From the NCBI GenBank assembly GCA_964016885.1, contig OZ024742.1, positions 219,046,001 to 219,110,000 on the forward strand: a stretch of 64,000 bases of DNA, written 5' to 3'. Within the stretch, counting starts at the first letter, position 1; every line of letters begins with the position of its first letter. This DNA is from Eledone cirrhosa (taxonomy: Eukaryota). This document shows positions 53,511 through 64,000 of the stretch, piece by piece. The translations under genes were made by a program, and so were the position numbers. Under the pieces are notes generated by a model. It was not told the origin of the DNA. It did not search any database and saw only the letters and a program-made list of their open reading frames with translations.

Positions 53511-53799
53511 TGAGATAACGATGCTTCATTTTAAAATGTCTTTATTGCATATCGAACATTACATATGTTTCACAGATGATTAGCTGCATGACTTTATCGA
53601 TGTGATAGACCTGATTCCAGTGTTAATCTGCACATCAGACATGTGGATTCAAATCAAAACAATTCCATTTCTGATGAGCAGATCAATACTGGTGTCAGGT
53701 CTATCAAATCAATGTAAACTTCGAGCCAATCATCTGTAAAACATATGTAACGTTCGTTATGGAATGAAAAACATTTAAAAGTAAAACTTCGTTATCTCA
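53511..53799. repeat. Old inverted-repeat cassette with two singly mutated hammerheads
   Basis: Plus arm: CTGATGA-gcagat...atctgt-AAAA-catatg-TA. Minus arm: CTGATGT-gcagat...atctgt-GAAA-catatg-TA. Confidence 0.8.
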
Positions 53800-56676
53800 C
53801 GACTAGCATGGTAGCGATTACGTTACTACATATTCCTAGTCTCGAAATTCCTGTTTGATCGACCGTCTTCTTCAGAAATACTAAAATATGTATACATGTG
53901 TGTATGTGCGCGTATCTGTATTTATGTTTGTCGGTGTAAAATCCGTTGTAATGTCAAAATGGTATATAGGTAAATGAAATCTATACCATACTGAAATATG
54001 TACTGTGGCCGATGCGACTGACTAGCTTTCAGAGACCCGCTCATCATATGAATGCAACCAAGGTGTTGTTTCAATCGACGCCTAGATCCGATTGATTTAG
54101 AAGCCATATCACCGTTAACTGGATCCCGTTTTCCGCTAAGAAGAGATAAGTAATACAAAGTATAACTTTAATTCTAAACGAAAATACTTAGAACAGATAC
54201 TGCAAAACATTAGGGTGACGCTCTAACAATTTGACCTAGTCTGGTACTTTGTTTATCGACCACGGTAAGATTAAATGCGAAGTTGACTTCGGTTGTAATT
54301 GAACTGAAAGCGCTGAGAACCAAAATAAATACCATAAGTCATTCTATACAGCGTTCTAGCCACTTCCGCAATTCGCCGTCTTGAAACCAGTAAAACAATA
54401 AAATTAGGACGAGGACACAAAGAAATATACAGAATCAGTTGAGTCAACTGATTGTATATAGTTCGTAATATTATATAAAACTTGGAGTGAATAATAAGCA
54501 AAGTACTTTGAGGTGGTATTTCAAATTTGAATGAAATACGATGCAAAATAATGCCTCAAACTTTCCACTATTTTTATCTACAACACTTGTATTACATATG
54601 ATGTAACCACGCAGTTGAGAATTTTTCTTCACAATTATGAGGTCCTGGGTTCAATCACAATGCGTGGCATCTTAGTCAATCCTCATTATTGTAGAGTTGA
54701 GCCAACCCAAGCTATGTGAGTGAAACTGGACATTCGGAAGCCCTGTTGATGCATGTCGGATGGATAGTTTTTTTAATTCAAAAGTGAAGTCTTGTCACGT
54801 ATTGTGGCATGCTGATTCGGTTTTTAAATTACGTTAAGAGTATACATGTCTGTAGAATACATAGCCACTTACATGTTTAGCCAATTTAAGGAATCAGATG
54901 ATCCATCATATAATACTGATTTGTGACATCTGCACAATAACACATATGTTAGAGAAGATGTGTACTCAATTCAATGGATTCATTATATGCAAATGAGCGA
55001 TGTCTAATACACAAAAAAAGTATATGATACAGCTTATTACTGTCGCCGTACCGAATGAGTAGGCGTCGCCGATGACGAATAAAAATCCAGAAACATTCTC
55101 ACGTGAATACTAGGATAGTTGTGGCATCGTAGAATTGTGTATTCTATAATTCACTATTTATTTGTTTAATAGTAACTTACTCCAATCCCATCTCTTGTTA
55201 AATACTATAGCTAATACTCTCTAGTCGATACTGATTAGTAACCTTACATCGGAATAATTAATCTTTGTAATATAGTCACAAGTCTAACTATAGACAGAAA
55301 TCTAATTATAGATACAAGATTAACTATAGATACAAAGATATTACTCTTTATCATATAGATATAAGGCTAGCTATACAATTAGTGGATCGTGGTAGTCAAT
55401 AAATCCTACCACAGTAAATCATTGAAATTTATTGAACTTAGACAACGAAATAGCAGCTAAAATCTTCCTCAAATAACATCCTAGTGTTTTGGGAAAAGTG
55501 GATGAAAATAAATGATAATGTAATTCCCGATAGAAAAACGGGATAGCCATGACTGAAGCACATCTAATCATATACCAGATCCACCTGGGCTGACCTAGGA
55601 CAAATTAACATCTGATATTTATTTTATTGACCACAGAAGAATATAAGGCATTACCGAACCTAGCTTGTTTTATTGTTTCTATTTTTGTTAATTTATAACC
55701 CAATGATAAAAAAAATGGCAATCAATGCTCATGACACTTTTTAGGGTCCTGGGGCGTGCTAGGAAAAAGGGACGCAGCAGGCTTTGGTGCTTAAGAAAAG
55801 GGGATTCAGAATATACTGTGTGGTCACTCTTATCATCATCTTGGCGTGCTGATAGCACAAATTACCATGACTCCATCCGACTCAGCCATCCATCGCTCGT
55901 GTCAGGCCCTCCGGATAACACTTAGCTCTTTGATTTAGGTTCTGTCAGTTTTGTGCACAGTGGGATGTCCATACATTGATATCCACAGCAGCACATCGCT
56001 GGCAATTTCATTCATTGTTCTCCTACTGTGTCCAGCGAATATGGTTTTAATTTGCGGTTATTCTAAGGCAGAGTTTTAAAATAAACATATCACTGTAAAT
56101 TTTCTAAATCTGAGGGCGATGCACCATTGAAAAGTGTCAGAGGGTGGAGCTATTCAGTGCTCCCTGCCAGTCGATGGACCAGTGACGCAGTTATCCTCAA
56201 ACCAGAGACCTGTATAGATTGAACTTCATTCATGAACAATGTCTGTTCTCTTTATCATCAATCCTCCCTCCATTTTTTCTTGTCTGTTTTTTTCTTTTTC
56301 CATCTCTAATCCTTCCTCACTTGGCAGTTACTATCTTGTTTCTTTACATCCTAGCTTTGAACCCTAACTGTCCTAGATTTTATTATATCTCATCAACATC
56401 ATTGCCATTTCTCGCTATCAAGAATTTTATTCAATTGAATTTATCTGTGTTCTAAGATGCTGCCATTTTGACCTAATAAAACTTTGGCAACGCGGAGATG
56501 AAAACTGGGGGTAATACTTCTGCTTCCTCACGTTCCTTGTCATTTTCTCCCCATTTAGAAACAAATATTTATCACTTCTCTTTTACATACCAGCAGTAAC
56601 TACTTACTTGACCTCTAAACTTTATTCCGTATCTCTTCTTAAAATGTCTTTTTCTCTCTTTCTCCCCCCCCCCCCC

Positions 56677-56739
<63 letters not shown>

Positions 56740-56849
56740 TTCATTCATTGCTTCCCCCTCCTTCTCCTTTATCCCTAGAGTCTTGTAATTTCCTGCACCC
56801 CCCTTTTCCCCTATCCTTCTTCGTGGCTGGTGTAAATTTATTATTTCCT

Positions 56850-56932
56850 ATCCTTACGGGGTCGATAAAATAAAGTACCAGTAATATACTGGTATAACTG
56901 CTGCCCTTGTGCCAAAAGTAGAAACAATTATT
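56850..56932 (+). mobile_element. 5'-truncated SINE tail
   Basis: TCCTTACGGGGTCGATAAAATAAAGTACCAG...GTAGAAACAATTATT. Confidence 0.85.
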
Positions 56933-59397
56933 TTCTCTTACAAACATTTTCCTACTCCTCCCCTCAATCCTACCCAATCCAAGACGTTGTATGAATTCTC
57001 TTCTCTACATGCCACACTTATACCATTTTGTGGGTGTTATTGAACAGATTTTCGTCTTGTCAGGATGGATGGCATTTTGCACTGTCCTTTAAAGGGCTTT
57101 TGAGACTGATGGGAAAGAGTGAAGAGGGTATTCACAAACCAAAGACATGAGTGAATCCTATAAAAACACCCAAAACTCAGATGATATTGTTAAACTGGGC
57201 GACGGATTAAATCTACCACCTATGTTAGCCACGTTAGGATTTGGACTCAAACGTAAATAATCGGAACAAACACCGCAAGGTATCTTTTTCGACGCTCTAA
57301 CGATCTGCCATTTTAATGCACTACACTGTTTTTACTTATCGACCTCGAAAAGAAGGAAATCAAAGTTATCACGATGAGATTTGAAGAAAGAATGAATAAA
57401 TACTGCAATGAATTTTGTCCGATACTCTACCGCCTCTTGCTCACATAAGCAAACAAACGACACTCCATGTGACCACTCGACTTTTTATTAGGTGTTCGTA
57501 TCGCCTAGACTGCTGAGTGGAAGAAAGGAAACTATCCTTGCCCCAAAACAGAGAGAATTGTACTAAAAGCGCCCGAAAACCAGGTGGTGGTGTTACTATA
57601 AATAACAGCCAAATCACCTTCAAATCATACCCTTCTTGACAAATGACGTATTGAATCTAGAAATGTAAACAAAATTTGGTTGACTTACAAACCATTGAGA
57701 AATATGAAATTTGAAAAATATAATTATCACAATGCATGTAACTATTATAATAGTTGATAACTAATTTATAGCTGATTCTATCAGGTAAAGTATCAATGAA
57801 GAGAGAGAAAATGTGGAAAAGGACGAGAGATGCGAAGTTCGATGCCATGCAGGCGTCTCTGTCCACTTGTTTCTGTCTCCAGAGCTACTTAACCCGATTA
57901 ATTCAAATATTATATATAATTATCAACAATTACTATAGATATCTGCATTGTGGTGACTATATTTTCTAAACCCATATCGGATAATGTATTCCTGGAATAA
58001 AAGAGAGGATAGGAAGGACTTGGGTTATCATAGGTACGCTCAACCGGGGGGCTAAATGGAGGCTAAACTGCTTTTTATTTTCATAGATCACCATTAATTT
58101 CCACAGATCCACTAGTTTCCATAGACCATCACTAACTTCCTCGGAATGTGGGGGAGGGTTATGTCATATAAGGTTTAGATTATTTAGCCAATGAAAATGT
58201 TGCAAGCCTTAAACCATAATATTTATCCAGTAATTTACTCATCTGATAATGTTTAATTTTGCTATCAGAGATGGAGGTAAAAAATAATCTCGCACACAAA
58301 AAAAAGTGGTTCACTAAACATATTTATCTTTCCACTGGATTGAATTGCTTACCAAAATAGAAAATTGCATGTGTTCCTTGGTAAGGATCTGAATTCTGCT
58401 TTTATTTAGTAGATTGTGTCGGCTGTTAGCGTCGGCCTTGATAACATTATATAAAGTTATTCAGAGAGTGGCAATATAAGGAATTATTTTAAGGTGGGAC
58501 TGATTGATGAAGCGTTATTCTGATGTTTCAAGCCAGTGTGAACTATCAGATATATGCGATAATCTTTTATTCATGTTTTTCTTTGTAGGTTGTGATATTT
58601 GTGGATAATTTTAATAAAATTCTGTTAAAAAATGGAAAGAAAGAGTTTAGTTTTACAAAAAATATTACACTTTACTTGGGCCTTTTTATGTTTTCATTAA
58701 AATGTTTTCTAAACTTTTTTCTAACAATGATGGCGAAACGAAGTGATCTTTTTCGCCTAAAAGAAATATTCTGACTCACCACCATTTTGTTTCCCAAAAA
58801 TATTTAATAATTCAGGTAAAAACTCTTACAGTAGAATAGTTTACTGATTTGATATTTAAGTTTTGTTAACAAAGACAGATATTAGAAATGAACTATGATA
58901 TAATTCACAAGTATTTTCCGACTGTTAATCGGTGAAAACTTGGCACCTGATTTCTTGTAATTGTGTTCACAAAAATCATATTGTGCAAATCTATATTTCT
59001 TCTTACAACATGATATTCGACATTGAATATATAAGCATAATTATAAATTAATGCAGTATTTCTAAGCAAACTAACTTTTATGCGCACTTTAATCTTTTTT
59101 GTACACTAATTGCAAAAAATGTGTGTACACTCGCATGCACAGAGGTTAAAGGAAACATTAGTTATCGCCTGTTCTCTAATATCCTGTTCTATTCAATTTG
59201 TTAAATTATTTCTTCATCTCATGGATACTTCACTTAACTCATCGAATTAGAAGTTAACGAAGCACTTGCCAGTGGTAAAATTGTCTCTGATGGTTTAGCG
59301 TCTTGTCTAGAGGGAGTGTTGTCTCACATCCGTTTATTATAAATTTATATCGAATTCTACCGATCACATCTATATATTTTGTCATGATAAGAGATAA

Positions 59398-59461
<64 letters not shown>

Positions 59462-60829
59462 TACATACGCACGCGCACACATTCACACACATACACACAC
59501 GCACACATACATATATATGTGTGTATATTATGACGTTGTGGTGTGTGTGTGTTTATATGTGTACATGTAAGCACGGTTAATTGTTTCCACGAAAACCGTA
59601 GTGCTAATTGAATGCAGTAACATATTTTAAAATGCAGTAATTAGTTCAAGAACATTCTAAATACATGAATGGATTATTTTATAAATGCACTTTCCCCCTA
59701 TTTTAGTTTGATATCATAATAAAGAATAATGAACATGTGTTCACTATTCAACGGTTTACTATAATTGAAACATTATGTTTTACCGTAGTGCATATGAACA
59801 GATGAAGGGATGAGATCTTACCACAAATTTATTTCTTTGGAGACTACTTGCCCATGGTCGTTTGAACCGAATTCTTATCTTTTTTTTTTCTCTTCATATA
59901 TCTACTTCTATCGTCGAAGTTCTTTAAAGTTTCCTAGAACTTCTATAATTAATTTGATCTTATCCTTAAAGTCAATTTTTAATTGCTTGAATTTTTGAAA
60001 TCCCTAAAAAATTATTTAAAATTATTTAACGATAACTTATTTTATTTCTTTGTCAACTTCTTTGTATGCATTCGGTTGATCAAAATTAAATAGAGCATGG
60101 TCAGTTAATTTCTCCCGATATAAGTTAACCAGATAATGAACATTTGAAGTATTTATTACATTGAAATTAAGCTCGTCCTTAGTAGTTTACCGAGGTTGCT
60201 TATTAGTCCGGCAGGTGTCTGCTTATATCTCAACTAACCATCATATCTTGTCATCGCATCATATCCGCCACCTGCGACCAATTCCCTAGCAGGACACCTC
60301 TGCTATTTTTTTATTTCAATTTTTGTTATTTCTTCAATAATTTCTTTTTAGGAGGAAATGGACAAAATTATGAACCTAGTGTGATAAAATGTGTGATGTT
60401 TCCAAAATTATTTCAACTTCTCTAAAAAGTAAGCATTTAGAGTAGCACTAAACCCTTAGGCCATTAAACTATATGAGAGATGTGTAAAGAAAGAACATTT
60501 GTTTTTACATTGTGTCTCGAATTAATAATGGTTTGAAAGTAAAATTGTTACCTTTATAACAACTTTCTACGGTCGGGCAAAAATAAGTCAAAAACCAAAC
60601 CTCTAAAAATATTTTCTTCTCCTAAGCTTTCTTCTTAGAGCGCTAAAATTCTGGTAGATAGCATTTGAGTTCTCTGGGATTCTGTGCGAAATACTCAAGC
60701 ATGGACTTTTATTTAAAGCCTTTTTGTAATAGAACTGCAGTCTTTCAACACTTCAAACAAAAATTGCGATTTTTTTTTCTTTGATAAAAGGGTTTCGAAA
60801 ATATTCCTTCCCAGAATAGTCGTGTTTCT

Positions 60830-61080
60830 TCTTGGTCTGTCTCGAACCCGGAAGCTCACCATACCGGTGCTTATCCTGGTTTTCGTGGCGTGAAGCGACT
60901 GAGAGTACAAGACTCCCATCCCCTGATCAGGATGCCAGTCCATTGTGGGGTTAAACCCTCTGCTATTGCTGATACGCATTTTCAACTGAGTATACTGGAG
61001 CAACGTAACATGAATTGTTTTTGCTCAGTCCAAGGATCGACTCCACGACATTATGATCGTAAGTCCAACACCCTTACCAC
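60830..61080. mobile_element. SINE-like repeat; a related reverse-oriented piece lies at 8425-8560
   Basis: GACTGAGAGTACAAGAC...GCCAGTCCATTG.GGGGTTAAA.CCCT is the reverse complement of about 8438-8500. Confidence 0.6.
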
Positions 61081-62128
61081 ATATTTTATCGACATTGAAT
61101 ATTTGTCTATCGACATAAGCTTTTCTTTCAAATATCCTTTTTAAAACATCAGAATATTTTTAGTTGCAGTTTTGTTTGCATTTGGACAAAACTAGCAGAA
61201 AGGTTTTATTCAGTTTCAGTTGGAATCTCATTTTCTTTTGTTGGATTGTTTTTAATATCTAAATAGTACTTAAGGAAATTCCATCCTAAAAGTCAAAAGT
61301 GGCTCTGTTTTAATCACGTTACTACCTCTATTGCATGTTGCCAGCTTGCCGGAAGTTGAGGCAGTTTTACATTTTTACTTATAATCATCTATTGTTCTTA
61401 TAATTGTTCTAACTGTTGATTCGTTTATTCCTAAGTCTTGCCCCATTTTTCTTTTGCTATTACTACATTCATATCATTTTATAACCTCAAATTTATTATC
61501 TAGAATGAACATTTTCATGCTACTCTTAGCACAAGAAATATTCTCGCCGACCTTTCTTTCCTCCATAATCGTTGAGGTAAAATGTGCACCAAAATCTAAT
61601 GGAATAGAAGCAACGTGATTGTGGCATGAAGCATAGAGCTTAAGCCAGCACAACATAAACAATAATAACTGATATTTGGAGAAAAAAAACTGTCGCATGG
61701 AGCACGAGGTTCATACATTCATGAAATTATCTGTAGTTAGCCTCTTTCGTGACTGAAATATTCAAAATATGCTAGGACAAGATGAGTTTAGGAAATAGTT
61801 GTAGTAGACTCAAACAACAGCACGCATTCTCACAAGTGCAACTATTAACGAGCATCACAGAACTTAACATTACATCACTAAACAAAAACAACACACGCAC
61901 ACATTCATATATATATAGGAACGAGTAGGACCCCGACGGCTGAGCTCAAGCCGTTTCGACGGCTAATTCTGGACTATTATAAGTAAAAAAGAGTTCAGAA
62001 TTAGCCGTCCAAACGGCTTGAGCTCAGCCGTCGGGGTCATACTCGTTCCTATTACCCACTCTACTACCCTAAGTATTGAGTACTTTGGTGCGTTATGGTC
62101 CACCTGGTTCCTTACCACATTTCCTTCG

Positions 62129-62224
<96 letters not shown>

Positions 62225-62427
62225 CACATGACAACTGAAAGTATAACCGTACTAATTGAGATTGGATCTGTGTTATTTAGAATTTGGTATCAATTTCGAA
62301 ACTTAGAATTTGGTATCAATAGCGAAACTTAAAGTACCAATCCTTTGTCATCTATTGTACTGTACTAATATAAATATTTAACTCTGTCTTTATTGAGTTT
62401 TCTTTTACGTTTTCTTGTTTGTAAACT

Positions 62428-62528
<101 letters not shown>

Positions 62529-62820
62529 ATATCAATTTGATTCATTTCAATTTTTTTTCTTTCTTGTGTGGAAGTGGGGCGTAAATTTCGTTTTGTGTTT
62601 AAATTTCATCTACAGTGAGTTTGTTTTATTTTAGTATTTTCTGATTTGAATTCCAGCCTTGAAATTTTAAGTGTAAAAAAAGTATTTTAAACCGAAAATA
62701 ACTTCAGTAGAAGAGAAGTTAGGCTAAGAAAATATTTAAAGAAAAAGGTGTGTGAGAAGGGACAGTCAGACATGAATTGAAATTTGTGTTACATATATTT
62801 ATTTATCTATTACTTAAATG

Positions 62821-63032
62821 TAATCAGAAAACATAAGTGGTATATACATACACACACATATATATATATGAGCTTGTGTGTGTACACACACACACACATA
62901 TATATATATATATTTGTTTTTTTTTTAAATATATATATATATATATATGTGTGTGTGTATGTGTGTGTGTACACACAAGCTCATATATATATATGCGCGT
63001 GTGTATGTATATACCACTTATGTTTTCTGATT
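62821..63032. repeat. Fold-back inverted repeat including microsatellite segments
   Basis: TAATCAGAAAACATAAGTGGTATATACATAC...GTATGTATATACCACTTATGTTTTCTGATTA. Confidence 0.85.
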
Positions 63033-63083
<51 letters not shown>

Positions 63084-63169
63084 GGAAAATTTGAACAGGA
63101 ACAAGACAGAGAGGCAGTACAACGAATGTTTATTAATTTCACGCTCTTGAGAGTGGGGTGGTGGTGGGG

Positions 63170-63203
63170 AACGACGTTTCGGGCATAAGCCCTTCTTCAG
63201 GTC
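63170..63203 (-). ncRNA. Minimal type I hammerhead (same family as 40276-40310)
   Basis: Minus strand: gac-CTGAAGA-a gggc ttat gccc-GAAA-cg-TC-gtt. The triplet is GUC, followed by AATAAA and (TA)n. Confidence 0.8.
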
Positions 63204-63737
63204 AAAAGTGTGTGGGAAGAGAGTTCAAAGGGTGTGTAGGGGAGTGGTGGGGAGACATATAGCAAAAGGGGGGTGGGAGGAAACGGTGCAAATGAAATTA
63301 TATATATATATATGTTGGTGTGTGTGTGTGTTTGTGTGTACGCTCTACGCTCTTTGGATTCAAAATCTTAGCGAAAAAAAAAATATAATAAGGAAAGAAG
63401 GAGAAAATGAAAGAAAGAAGAAAAAAAAAAAGGTTTTTAAGTAATCATAAAACATGTGAAGAATGTTAGTATTGTGAATTCTGACATCCTTCCTCGTTCG
63501 TTTGCATCATATGATAAGCTGGCCCGCGCTCTCTTAGACGGCAATTTAAAACATCTGTATCTTGGCATGAGAGTTGAGTGAGAGAGAGGGGGTAGGGAGA
63601 GGAGAGAGACCTTCTACCCCAATAAACATATACTGTGGTGGCGATTATTTATTCACTTAAAAGTTTTTTTCAGCTTTAAACTACTACAGCTGCTACTGCT
63701 GCTATTACTAATACTACTACACACATATGTATATATA

Positions 63738-63788
<51 letters not shown>

Positions 63789-63962
63789 GTTAACGGAATT
63801 GACTGTGACTTCAAAGTTTCGCCGAGGATAACTTTCTTTAGCTAATGGTTGTTGTTAGTCATTAAGCACATATTAATGACATATGCACGTGTGTGTGTGT
63901 GGTGTGTGTGTGTGTGTGTGTGTGTGTGTGCACGCGTATGTATGTGTGCGTGCACGCGCGTA

Positions 63963-64000
<38 letters not shown>

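Overview
AT-rich, microsatellite-dense animal genomic DNA. The repeat families suggest a cephalopod/octopus, which is an inference. The only host coding sequence I recognise is the first coding exon of a cGMP-dependent protein kinase with a PKG-Ibeta-type leucine zipper (43541/43574-43866, +); the rest of the window downstream is probably its intron. Most of the remaining recognisable sequence is transposon-derived: a decayed autonomous Helitron with several non-autonomous relatives, a hAT MITE, an RTE LINE with C2H2 fingers, a Tx1/L1 fragment, a Penelope-like element (RT + GIY-YIG) with inverted pLTRs, and many SINE copies. The hidden signal is RNA-structural. Reading by eye, I find about 15 type I hammerhead ribozyme motifs with an intact CUGANGA...GAAA...UH core and paired helix I, plus about a dozen decayed ones. 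They belong to many unrelated sequence families and sit in short non-coding cassettes inserted in (TA)n tracts, often as inverted or partial tandem repeats. This looks like a large, diverse Penelope/retrozyme-type self-cleaving RNA system. All folds were derived by hand and none has been tested for activity.
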